A stretch of DNA of 64,000 nucleotides from a virus. Below are positions 11,079 through 20,209 of the stretch, one piece after another. The translations under genes and the position numbers were made by a program. Every line of letters begins with the position of its first letter. The stretch's first letter is position 1. The DNA lies in IMG/VR virus record IMGVR_UViG_3300045988_079349; one strand, 5' to 3'. Below the pieces are notes generated by a model, which did no database searches, was not told the DNA's origin, and worked only from the letters and a program-made list of their open reading frames with translations.

Positions 11079-11540
11079 TTATTCACCATACTCTCTTAAA
11101 ATTTCTTCTTTAGTCATTCTTTCAGTGGCTAACGCGTCGGCTAGTTCATTATAAAGCTCACCATCATGACCTTTAATTTTTCTTAGATCAATCTTGTAAT
11201 CTTGTCTTAGCATATCATAAATTTTAATTAAATCAAGATTTTCAAGTTTCTTTCCGCCTGCGCGTACCCATCCATTTGCTTTCCAGCTATTTATCCATGA
11301 ATTGAAACTATTTACACAATAAGAAGAATCGCTATAGACTATTGGGACAAAGAAATCTCCCTCTTTTGCGCCATAGTGTTCTAGCGCATATATAATAGCT
11401 TTCATTTCCTCTCTATTGTTTGTAGTTTGTGGTTCACGCTCTGAGTAAGCGTCTATAACGACATCATTATCAACTACAATAACTCCAAAACCTCCTGGCC
11501 CAGGATTACCTAGGCAAGAACCATCGGTATATATAGTCAT
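11079..11540 (-). CDS. rnhA: ribonuclease HI
   Basis: MTIYTDGSCLGNPGPGGFGV... canonical RNase H start. Confidence 0.8.
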   Translation of the reverse strand: MTIYTDGSCLGNPGPGGFGVIVVDNDVVIDAYSEREPQTTNNREEMKAIIYALEHYGAKEGDFFVPIVYSDSSYCVNSFNSWINSWKANGWVRAGGKKLENLDLIKIYDMLRQDYKIDLRKIKGHDGELYNELADALATERMTKEEILREYGE

Positions 11541-11629
11541 AAGACATAAATCTCCTTTATTTTAATTCTTTTCATTTTCTGAATATATAATATCATATAT
11601 TTTAAGAAAAATCAAGCTACAAACAAATA

Positions 11630-11665
11630 AAGGCTTAATGGGATAAATACCCATTAAGCCTTTAT
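11630..11665 (-). terminator. terminator hairpin
   Basis: 14-bp perfect inverted repeat aaaggcttaatggg / cccattaagccttt downstream of 11724..12008. Confidence 0.45.
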
Positions 11666-11723
11666 ATTAAATAGGGCCATCGAGATCAATAGGAATATCA
11701 TTAGATGCCGAAAAATCTTCTGT

Positions 11724-12008
11724 CTAAACAGTATATATAGATGCGGAATTAGATTCAATTTCTTTTAAAGCTAAATCGTAGGTTATTCCACCCTTTTTAT
11801 GATCTGATTTAGCCATCGTTAGATAGAAGGAGCAAACTATACCATGAGCACTCCATGGTAAACCTATAAGAGCACTAATCCATGGCAAAGTCCCCAAATA
11901 ACCCATATAGACGCACATAAATGCTAAAAGTATTCCTGATATGGTTATAATCCACAATAGCAAGCGAATATCATTTATGAGCTTCTTAGAAAATTCTATC
12001 TTTTTCAT
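11724..12008 (-). CDS. putative holin
   Basis: 94 aa, 2-3 TM helices, charged C-terminus, immediately downstream of endolysin gene. Confidence 0.45.
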   Translation of the reverse strand: MKKIEFSKKLINDIRLLLWIITISGILLAFMCVYMGYLGTLPWISALIGLPWSAHGIVCSFYLTMAKSDHKKGGITYDLALKEIESNSASIYTV

Positions 12009-12009
12009 C

Positions 12010-13419
12010 TTAAAGTCCTAGCTTTTCCGCCAATCTTCTAATCATAGTTACTGTTTCTAATCTAGTACAGAATTTGTTTGGCATCATTCTTCCAGCGCTG
12101 TCGCCGGCCATAATTCCATTTGTCTTAGCCCATTCGAGATTATCGGAACCCCATGTCTCTTTTTCATTAGCTTTATTGGTTAGCCAAGTATTCATAAATT
12201 CAGCGAATTTTTCATCAGTCATATCTTCATCATCCTCCTAAACATTTGACATTAAATTGTAAGCATCTGTTCTTGCTGTTTCCATGCTTTTTCCAAATTT
12301 TGGAAACCAGTGGTTTACATCTGCATGATTAGAGCCTAATCCTAACTTATGGCTATCAGCATGACATAAAATAGTTGGGACGGTAATACCGTTCAAGGTA
12401 GTTGTTCCTAATGGATTTATATTATACATCTTGCATAAGTAAGCAGTAATCTAACAAGCCTCTTCATAAATCTTATTAAAATAGTCTGCATCATTTAATC
12501 CATCTTCGCAAATTTCAAATTGAATCCATCCATTATTGCAAGAGCCTTTAGTTCCAGAACCACATCCCCAAGGACGATAATTCCATGGCATTGTCTATAT
12601 TGTTGTTACTGTTCCATCTGCTAGCTTGCCAATCCAGCAATTTAGCCCAGCTTGAATAGATACATGATTCCAGTCATTTTTACTTGTATTCTTTCCTATT
12701 TTACTTATTAAAGTATTATAGTTGGGATCATTATCGCTAGGTTGAACATATCTTTTTAAATTAGGATTATTCGCGCCTGTACTATGCCATAAAATTCCTT
12801 TAACTTGCATAGTGCGTGTCTATTTATAGCAAGTGCTATTAGTCATCATGCATTGAAGTGGTTTATTGCTATCACTATATTTCATTTTATTACCTCCTTC
12901 AACTATATTTGAAATGTTAGCAAATTTATTATAATACTATTGACCATAACTTGTTCTCTTTTGTTGAACATAAACGCTCTAATCCGCAGGTTTTTCAAAC
13001 TAGAGCAGTACTGCTGTAGATGCTGCTTCAACAGAAACGACAGAAATTAAAATATTAACTAAAGAAGAAAAACTTGTAATTAGCTCCTAATATAAAAAAT
13101 CTAATTGAGTGTTTAAATCTCCAATGGATCTTCCACGATTTTGACAGAACTAAAGCAGATTTTGTTTTCTACTCCAGAATGTCCATTGAGCTAGACCATA
13201 ACCAGCCCCGTCTTTTACAAAGTTTTTGTATCTTCCATCATCAACAGCGGAGGTATATTCAGAATCAGTCATCTTTAACTTTTTTTCATATGAGTTCTAT
13301 AAATTAGTTGGACTAAGACCGCTTTCTGCGTAAAGATTGCCCATTAGACCCGCGATTCCGCAATCACTAAATCCTTTTGATTTAAAATAATTCCAAATTG
13401 TTTGTGCATTATCAGCCAC
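12010..13419 (-). CDS. endolysin: N-terminal phage tail-lysozyme-like domain + C-terminal N-acetylmuramoyl-L-alanine amidase (Amidase_2) (9 TAG codons)
   Basis: ORF-track fragments 12010..12222, 12238..12429, 12595..12810 share one frame; verified no TAA/TGA between GTG start (~13419, RBS AAAGGAGGG) and TAA at 12010; motifs GIAGLMGNLYAESGL (tail lysozyme) and WHSTGAN...CHADSH (amidase). Confidence 0.65.
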
Positions 13420-13472
13420 TCTACTCCCTCCTTTTACGCATGAAAAAAGGAAGAGAGTTTTAGCTCTCTTCC

Positions 13473-14729
13473 TTAAATATCTTCTGCAATTTTCGCAATT
13501 CTAGATCTATAAATGTTACGAAGTTCAACTTCTCCGTAAATATCATGACCTCTATAAACTTTAGAAACACGTTTCATTCCATTGTTACTTCCTGCAAAAT
13601 GAATATCATCAACTTGAGTTTTAGCATCGCCGTCTATAATGCAAACACAATCTTCGCCAACTCTTTGGAGAGCGAGTTTAATTAGTGTTCTATCAAGATT
13701 TTGTGCTTCAGAGATATAGATACCAGCCTTCATTCCAGATGTGTCATAACCTCTAATATCACTCATGGGTAGAAGGACTAACTTATCTGTCTCAATAAGT
13801 TGTTCTACCCCATCTCTACCGCCAAATTTAGAAATCAATAGATTTCCAATTTGGGAATCGAGTAACTTTTCATTGCGGGTTCCGGGTAAATAACCTAATT
13901 TAGCACTATTTGCTGTTGCTACTGTATTACAGAATACGACAATTCTGTCTAAATCTCCTCTGTCTAGTTTAGACATCAAATAAGCTAGACTAATAATTGT
14001 TTTACCAGAACCAGCGGGGCCTTTTATCAAAGTAATTCTATTATTACTTAAACTATCAAATAAAAGTTTTTGATAAACATCCTCTTTATATGGTGTAATA
14101 TTACCAAACCAAATAGAATCAAAGTTGTTATAATTAAGGTATCTATGATTTTCTCCTGTCCAGACCCTTATATCAACAATTTTCCCATCAAGGTCTCGAA
14201 TAATTAAATATTCTCCAATATGAAGATTGTAATGGTTGAAACTCGGATCTTGATAAAAAGATGCCAATGAACTATCATCTGCTTTTATTTCTACATAGCC
14301 ACTATAATCATCATTATCTGATTCAACGCTTTCTATTTCTCCGGAACCAAAGAATAAATTTGCTATCGTTTTTAGGCTTAAATCATTTGTTACAAAGACT
14401 GTTTCGTCTACTCTAACTTTATTATTATACCAAAAAGCGTCTGATAATATTCTTGTATCATCTGTTACATCAAGAGATTGCTCTTTAATTGCTTCTTCGT
14501 ACTCTAATCTATGGACAACAACATCATACATATCGGGATGTTCTTCAAGCAGATGCAATAACAAACGAGCAGAATACTTTATATCCAGATCTTTATTGCT
14601 AGCAGTTTTAATTCTTTCAAGCTCTTTAAAAGTGATTGATGAAACTACAAACTTTTCTTCTTTGTCAAATATACTTTCTCCAGCATTTAACAAAGAACAA
14701 GTATCATAGAATCGAATTTCATTACTCAT
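13473..14729 (-). CDS. phoH: PhoH-like ATPase with N-terminal PIN domain (YlaK-like)
   Basis: Walker A GPAGSGKT; PIN-like N-terminus FYDTCSLL. Confidence 0.75.
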   Translation of the reverse strand: MSNEIRFYDTCSLLNAGESIFDKEEKFVVSSITFKELERIKTASNKDLDIKYSARLLLHLLEEHPDMYDVVVHRLEYEEAIKEQSLDVTDDTRILSDAFWYNNKVRVDETVFVTNDLSLKTIANLFFGSGEIESVESDNDDYSGYVEIKADDSSLASFYQDPSFNHYNLHIGEYLIIRDLDGKIVDIRVWTGENHRYLNYNNFDSIWFGNITPYKEDVYQKLLFDSLSNNRITLIKGPAGSGKTIISLAYLMSKLDRGDLDRIVVFCNTVATANSAKLGYLPGTRNEKLLDSQIGNLLISKFGGRDGVEQLIETDKLVLLPMSDIRGYDTSGMKAGIYISEAQNLDRTLIKLALQRVGEDCVCIIDGDAKTQVDDIHFAGSNNGMKRVSKVYRGHDIYGEVELRNIYRSRIAKIAEDI

Positions 14730-14955
14730 AATCTTCTTCCTTTTCTTTGTTTGGTGTAGTGGTAAAACCTATTACTCTAGTGTGAGTATTCTGCGTACCA
14801 TCTTTTAATTCATTGATTTTTACGTTACATTCTACTATTTTCACGCTAATTTTCGCCTTTAAAAGTTCAATAATAGTAGATATAAGGTCAACTAATCTGT
14901 CTAAGACCGGCACCCCTAATATGCCAATAAGAAATCCAATTAATAAATAAAACAA
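14722..14955 (-). CDS. small membrane protein
   Basis: 77 aa, N-terminal TM helix. Confidence 0.4.
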   Translation of the reverse strand: MFYLLIGFLIGILGVPVLDRLVDLISTIIELLKAKISVKIVECNVKINELKDGTQNTHTRVIGFTTTPNKEKEEDYE

Positions 14956-15051
14956 GTTATACCACCTTCTTCTCTATATATAACAAAAGAAGAAGGAAGT
15001 TTAATTATTATTGTCCTTTCGGAGCCGTCTAACAATATTTAAAGCCTTATC

Positions 15052-15462
15052 CTAATTTCTTAAATAGGCTTTTAAATCTTTTTTCTCTTTCTTTAGGGCT
15101 GCGGAAAGCGCGTCAATTCTTTTTTCAATACGCATTATAGCTTGATAAAGATTTCCAGTAGGGTCAACTTCCGCAGGAGATAACTTCCCATACTTTGTTA
15201 CCTCTTGATACAGGTTATTTCTATGTTTTAACTCTGTTTTAGCAGACTTTAATTCATATTTTAATATAGCAATTCTTGCTTTTGATATTGCAATAGTTTT
15301 ACCTACACCTCTAGCAAAAAAACCTCTATCTTTTTCTGATAGTTGGGCACGACCGCCAAAGATAATTCCATTATATGATATATTTATTATAGTACATCCT
15401 ACAAATGGTTCTACAAGCTCATAAACTATTGGAGCATTATATATAGCTTTTACTACACTCAT
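15052..15462 (-). CDS. hypothetical protein
   Basis: 136 aa ORF; preceded by conserved 60-nt element. Confidence 0.45.
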   Translation of the reverse strand: MSVVKAIYNAPIVYELVEPFVGCTIINISYNGIIFGGRAQLSEKDRGFFARGVGKTIAISKARIAILKYELKSAKTELKHRNNLYQEVTKYGKLSPAEVDPTGNLYQAIMRIEKRIDALSAALKKEKKDLKAYLRN

Positions 15463-15536
15463 TAAATATCCCCTAATCTTTTAAATCTTTTATATTAAAA
15501 TTATACTATTTATTTATAGAAAAATCAATATTTGTA

Positions 15537-15600
15537 GTATTTTGAAAGAAAAATTTGGTGGGTACGCGCGATCGGAAACTCGGAGCAGGACGAGGCTAGC
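15537..15600 (-). promoter_or_regulatory. conserved GC-rich 60-nt element, copy A (second copy at 42230..42289)
   Basis: 57 of 60 nt identical to copy B; lies between a terminator and the next gene start on the minus strand. Confidence 0.4.
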
Positions 15601-15610
15601 CATAAAAAGA

Positions 15611-15639
15611 AACCCTCCAGATTAAGAATCTGGAGGGTT
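15611..15639 (-). terminator. rho-independent terminator after SPFH gene
   Basis: aaccctccagatt/aatctggagggtt hairpin followed by T-run on minus strand. Confidence 0.55.
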
Positions 15640-15643
15640 AAAG

Positions 15644-16540
15644 TTAGGGAGTAATCAAAATAGAAGAATCAGTTCCGGCCATAGTAGAAGGCATCTGACC
15701 ATTCCACTGTTCATACTTAATCTTCTCAATCAGCTCAGGAGTAAGAGAAGCGGCAATCTTTGCATTTGCCTCAGCTTCGGCCTGCGCCGCAATTTCAAGA
15801 GCATCGGCCTGCGCTTGAGCCTGAATTAGCGCCTGCTCGGCCTGAATCTCAGCGACTTCCTTTTCCTTCTCAGCCTGAACCTTTGCAGTCTGTGCCTCAA
15901 TATTGGCAAGCTCAAGCTCCTGCTGAGCATTTACCTTCTTCTGGATAGCCTCTGCGGTTTCAGCATCAACAGAAATATCAGTAAAGTTTACAGTATCAAT
16001 AATGATACCATACTGGTCAAACTTTTCACGCAGATAAACGTCAAGTTCAGCATTGATTGCAGTACGCTGGTCGCCAAAAATATCAGTTACAGGATAGTTA
16101 GCTGTAACTTCCTGAGTCCATGCTACAATCTTAGGCTTAATGAAGGTATCCTTAATGGTTTCGCCATCCTTACCCTTGAATAGAGTAAAGGTTTCTGCAA
16201 CACGATCTTCATCAAATCGGTAAGAGAACTCAAGGTTTACCTTTACGGTTTTGCCATCGCTAGTAGGTACGTTAAAACTCTCGTCATTAGGAGAATCGCC
16301 CTTATCTTCAGAAGTCAAATAAGACTGCTCAAGACCGATAGAATAGGTAGTTACCTTCTTGGTGGGAGAGACCAGATGCCATCCTTGGGTAAGAACCTCT
16401 CCGTCGACACCACCGCTCATATTATATACAACACCAACATAACCAGTAGGCACTCGCTCAAGACAAGTAATCGCGGTGATTAGACCAAAAATCAAAACCA
16501 GAGCAATTACAATACCGCCGATAATTCCACTCTTTTTCAT
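15644..16540 (-). CDS. SPFH/band-7 (prohibitin/HflK-like) membrane protein
   Basis: N-terminal TM, SPFH core, C-terminal Ala/Glu/Gln-rich coiled coil. Confidence 0.75.
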   Translation of the reverse strand: MKKSGIIGGIVIALVLIFGLITAITCLERVPTGYVGVVYNMSGGVDGEVLTQGWHLVSPTKKVTTYSIGLEQSYLTSEDKGDSPNDESFNVPTSDGKTVKVNLEFSYRFDEDRVAETFTLFKGKDGETIKDTFIKPKIVAWTQEVTANYPVTDIFGDQRTAINAELDVYLREKFDQYGIIIDTVNFTDISVDAETAEAIQKKVNAQQELELANIEAQTAKVQAEKEKEVAEIQAEQALIQAQAQADALEIAAQAEAEANAKIAASLTPELIEKIKYEQWNGQMPSTMAGTDSSILITP

Positions 16541-16543
16541 AAA

Positions 16544-16696
16544 TTATTTATTTTCCTTTCTTCCAATTCCTAAGTTCTTCTTGGTTTTATAATAAACTTT
16601 AATGAAGAATTTTCCAATCTTTCTAAATGTAAAATTTAACAAAAACCATAGAGCAACAAGAGCTAATACAACTAAAATCCAGAAAATAGGATTCAT
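16544..16696 (-). CDS. small membrane protein upstream partner of SPFH protein (NfeD-like?)
   Basis: 50 aa ORF ATGA-overlapping the stop of the upstream gene; one TM helix. Confidence 0.3.
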   Translation of the reverse strand: MNPIFWILVVLALVALWFLLNFTFRKIGKFFIKVYYKTKKNLGIGRKENK

Positions 16697-17256
16697 AGCA
16701 TATCAACGCACTCCTTTACCTTTAGTTTCATTTCATCAATAACTGCATCAAGAGAAACTGGATAACAGCTATGTGAATCAACTCCTACATGATACATATA
16801 GGGTCTATCCTCATAAAAATCAGATTTTTGATGCGTATGACCGTAGAGATTAAGCATCATTTCATGGAGACTCTCTTTTTCAAGATTTCCAGTTAAAGTT
16901 GGAAAATGAGACATATAGAAATGATATTTTTTGTAGTTAAGACTAAGCGCCCATGCAGTTTCAACTACATTCGGCAACTCTGCATACATTTGCCGACGTT
17001 TAGGTGTATCATGATTTCCAAAAACCACATGAAGTTTTCCATTCATAGAACTAATAAGTTCTCTGCTTTTCTCAAGGCTTTCTGCCCCACCTAAACATAA
17101 ATCTCCAAGAATATATACATCATCTTCTGAGGTTACAAGAGAGTTGTGCCGTTCAACAAGAGCACTATTCATTTCCTCAGCAGAATCAAATCCGCGAGGT
17201 TTATAGATAAACTCTTTCGAATGATTAAAGTGCCAATCTGAAGTTAGAAAAATCAT
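16693..17256 (-). CDS. calcineurin-like metallophosphoesterase
   Basis: DWHFNH...GDLCLGG...GNHD motifs. Confidence 0.7.
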   Translation of the reverse strand: MIFLTSDWHFNHSKEFIYKPRGFDSAEEMNSALVERHNSLVTSEDDVYILGDLCLGGAESLEKSRELISSMNGKLHVVFGNHDTPKRRQMYAELPNVVETAWALSLNYKKYHFYMSHFPTLTGNLEKESLHEMMLNLYGHTHQKSDFYEDRPYMYHVGVDSHSCYPVSLDAVIDEMKLKVKECVDML

Positions 17257-17262
17257 GTTTTA

Positions 17263-17784
17263 TCACTCCATTCCATGATGATTAATTCTTACTTCTTTAA
17301 ATCCGTACTTATAAAGTTCAAATTCTGCGGGAGTGGGAGATCTATAGTTTCTAGCCATCTTCCTAATTGCGGACTCTGGGACTTGAGAAAATCCTTCTCT
17401 CAAGCTATTGCGAGCGATACAGGTATCAATCCCGCAATCGCAAACTTCGAAGACAAGTCTTGTTTTTCCGTCCGGCCGCAGTCTACCCAATAGCTTTGCT
17501 CTTGATCCTTGGGAAATATGAGTTGCGTCAACAAAGACGTAATCAATTCCGATTTCGAGACATTCGTTAATCTGACGGACAAATTCTTCGAATACATCAT
17601 TCTCTTTTCCGAAGTAACTTCCATCACCAACGAAAGATTTTCTTATCTCGTCACGGGAGATAATAGCAGTATGAAAACCATCCATTTCAAGCAACTCAGC
17701 TTCTTTATGCGCCCAAGTAGATTTTCCACTACCGGGGATACCGACCATAACTTTTACTTCAATAGTCATACTGCTTTCCTCCAT
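17263..17784 (-). CDS. P-loop polynucleotide kinase-like protein (AAA_33)
   Basis: GIPGSGKST Walker A; adjacent to phosphoesterase, a CthPnkp-like kinase/phosphatase arrangement. Confidence 0.6.
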   Translation of the reverse strand: MEESSMTIEVKVMVGIPGSGKSTWAHKEAELLEMDGFHTAIISRDEIRKSFVGDGSYFGKENDVFEEFVRQINECLEIGIDYVFVDATHISQGSRAKLLGRLRPDGKTRLVFEVCDCGIDTCIARNSLREGFSQVPESAIRKMARNYRSPTPAEFELYKYGFKEVRINHHGME

Positions 17785-17785
17785 T

Positions 17786-17833
17786 CATTTAACTTTCTAT
17801 AAATATTATAATATATTTTTTATAAAATATCAA
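17786..17833 (-). promoter_or_regulatory. sigma70-like promoter with conserved downstream block (class 2)
   Basis: minus strand TTGATA-17nt-TATAAT followed by ATTTATAGAAAGTT about 25 nt before the ATG; one of about 17 similar copies. Confidence 0.5.
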
Positions 17834-17845
17834 AAGATTTTTATT

Positions 17846-18733
17846 TTAAATCTCAACTGGTTGAATTAGTTCTTCAATATAAGTCCTACCTTCATCTTTG
17901 AATAGAGGAATATTAAGGTCAATAAACCAATAGTGTTTAAAATGAATTGAGCCATCTTCTCTTTCCGTTTCTTCGCAGTCTTTTATACAACAAGAACCTC
18001 TCTTCAAATAGGTCGGTAGACTATTCCAATCTATCCCCTTTTTGGAAATAAGCATCTCTAAAATTTCACTACTGCACTTACCCTGAAGTTCACTATGAGA
18101 AAAATTTGCTTGACCAACCATTTGAATAGAATTGCGAATGGCATCTAACTGTCGCCAGTAAATGAGATTTGTTACCTCTTCTTTTGGGATATTAAAAACA
18201 CGTGCATCAAACATAGCACCTTTTGCGCTTGCCATCCGTAAAGTTTTCATATATTCTTGATGTTTCTGTCGGATTTCTACACTTTGCGGAGTTAGAGAAC
18301 ACTTCCAATCAACTTCGTATGCTTCAATCGCTCGATGAAAAGCTTTATTAAAAGCCATTGTCGCCATAGATGCTGCAACAGAGCACATCTTTTGAACTTC
18401 GTAGTCAAACCACGCTTCACTATTTAATTTCTTGTAATCAACAAGAATTAGAGTTATTTCATCACTTTGTGTATATCCAAGAACACATCCTTGAATATTT
18501 CTGCACAAATACTCTGTAGTTTCTTGCATAGCTTCAACTAACACTTCGTCAAATGGTTTTTTAAATCCTTTAGTGAAGGTATGAAATGCTTTTCCATCAA
18601 TTCTAATTGCTACTGGAGTTCTGCGCATGAGGCGAGTTTTAGGTACCTGTTCATAAAACTCCTTCATACGAGTATCAAGTTGGTCATTCATACTGTTTAT
18701 CCTCCATATCAACCATAAAAATATGCTCGTCAA
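17846..18733 (-). CDS. Thg1-like protein (tRNA-His guanylyltransferase family / tRNA 5-prime end repair)
   Basis: RIDGKAFHTF and GYTQSDEITL resemble Thg1 motifs (RLDGRNFH, AYGQSDEYS). Confidence 0.55.
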   Translation of the reverse strand: MTSIFLWLIWRINSMNDQLDTRMKEFYEQVPKTRLMRRTPVAIRIDGKAFHTFTKGFKKPFDEVLVEAMQETTEYLCRNIQGCVLGYTQSDEITLILVDYKKLNSEAWFDYEVQKMCSVAASMATMAFNKAFHRAIEAYEVDWKCSLTPQSVEIRQKHQEYMKTLRMASAKGAMFDARVFNIPKEEVTNLIYWRQLDAIRNSIQMVGQANFSHSELQGKCSSEILEMLISKKGIDWNSLPTYLKRGSCCIKDCEETEREDGSIHFKHYWFIDLNIPLFKDEGRTYIEELIQPVEI

Positions 18734-19418
18734 AGGTATCGAGATTTAAGAGAACGGTTTGTCCAGTAAAGAAACTGCCACAATCAATATTTACCTTATG
18801 GTCATTGCAGTACCAAAAAGCACCCTCAACATAAGAGTCTTCTCTCGCTCCAAAGAAATTTTTTAGACTTCCTCTATAGCCTCTAATCATACCGGGGATA
18901 GGAGTATGTCCATGAACACAGATAGTATTATTTTCATAGTAAGTATCCCAAATATGTTCTCTATCCCAGATTAAATCTCTTGTATTTGGATTAGAACCTG
19001 CTGTAAGCCCTGCATGACAAAGAGCTATTTTAACATCGTCTTTATTGCAGTATTCCATATAAGTAGGTAACTTACTTAAATAATTACACCAATCAGGGTT
19101 CGCACCATCACTTATCCAACCTTCAAAGGTGTCTTTCCCTCCATTAAAACAAAGCAAAGCACAATCTCTGTCGAAACATTCATACTTCGCATATTCTCTC
19201 ATTGCATTGACAAGCATATCTTCGTGATTACCCTTGATGTAGATAAATTGCGGATCTGCGGCAACTGCTTTAATGGTTTCCCAAGGATCAGGTCCCCGAT
19301 CGCCGCAATCGCCCAGGCAATAAACTTTATCTTCTGGTTTTAAAAATTTCTTTACCTCTTGATAAAGACATAACATACCATGAAGATCACTAATAGCGTA
19401 TACGCTCACTTTAATCAC
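18684..19418 (-). CDS. Ser/Thr phosphatase-family metallophosphoesterase
   Basis: GDCGDRGP and GNHE motifs (lambda phosphatase-like). Confidence 0.7.
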   Translation of the reverse strand: MIKVSVYAISDLHGMLCLYQEVKKFLKPEDKVYCLGDCGDRGPDPWETIKAVAADPQFIYIKGNHEDMLVNAMREYAKYECFDRDCALLCFNGGKDTFEGWISDGANPDWCNYLSKLPTYMEYCNKDDVKIALCHAGLTAGSNPNTRDLIWDREHIWDTYYENNTICVHGHTPIPGMIRGYRGSLKNFFGAREDSYVEGAFWYCNDHKVNIDCGSFFTGQTVLLNLDTFDEHIFMVDMEDKQYE

Positions 19419-19481
19419 TTCCTTTATTATATTATACCATAATAAAATATAAAAATAAAGAGAGCGTAAAGCTCTCTTTAT

Positions 19482-20204
19482 TTAAAAGAAGGGACAGATT
19501 GGCATTTCCTCTGTTTTATGTAGGTTTCTCTTGTGTCTCTGCTCAATATTTTTATATACTTCATACGGAGGAGTAATACGATATAGCAAAAAGTTATCAA
19601 GAGTTTTATAAGAAAAACCTAGATTCTCTTCATCTGAGAGTCCAGTTAATCCATCTTCTGGAACTTTTTCTATAAATTTCTCCGGTAGACCAAGTTCTAA
19701 ACCAATCTCTTTAACTTCTGTTACTGTGTAATTGTGCAGAATTGAAAAATCTCCCGCGGAATCACCAAATTTGGTTGAATAACCAACATAATTTTCACTT
19801 CTATTACAAGTGTTTGCAACTCTACCATGTCGAGCAGCCGCGATGGCATAAAGAATATTCATTCTTTCTCTTGCTGGAACGTTACTTACAACTTGAGGAA
19901 GATTACGAATATCAGAGGGTAGGGAGAAAAAAGTTGCTTTGCAAGCCTCTCCAATGTTGATATTATAATGTTCTTTAATGCCTAGATACTCAATAACTTC
20001 ATTTGAAATATCAATGTCTGATTGATACCCTTGTGGCATTTGAACTGCAATTACATTTTCTGGCCCAATAGCTTTACAAAGCAGTGCGGCAGCGACAGTA
20101 GAATCTTTTCCTCCAGAAATACCAATAACAGCTTTGCAGTCCGGGCCGTTGTCGATAAAATATTTTTTAATCCAGTTAATGATTCTTTGAACTCTTATTG
20201 TCAT
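19482..20204 (-). CDS. nadE: NH3-dependent NAD+ synthetase
   Basis: PP-loop GISGGKDST. Confidence 0.85.
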   Translation of the reverse strand: MTIRVQRIINWIKKYFIDNGPDCKAVIGISGGKDSTVAAALLCKAIGPENVIAVQMPQGYQSDIDISNEVIEYLGIKEHYNINIGEACKATFFSLPSDIRNLPQVVSNVPARERMNILYAIAAARHGRVANTCNRSENYVGYSTKFGDSAGDFSILHNYTVTEVKEIGLELGLPEKFIEKVPEDGLTGLSDEENLGFSYKTLDNFLLYRITPPYEVYKNIEQRHKRNLHKTEEMPICPFF

Positions 20205-20209
20205 AAGAT

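Noticed and set aside
12010-12810. Treating 12010..12222, 12238..12429 and 12595..12810 as three separate small genes
   Set aside because: All three are in one frame, separated only by TAG codons, and together form a recognisable two-domain endolysin.
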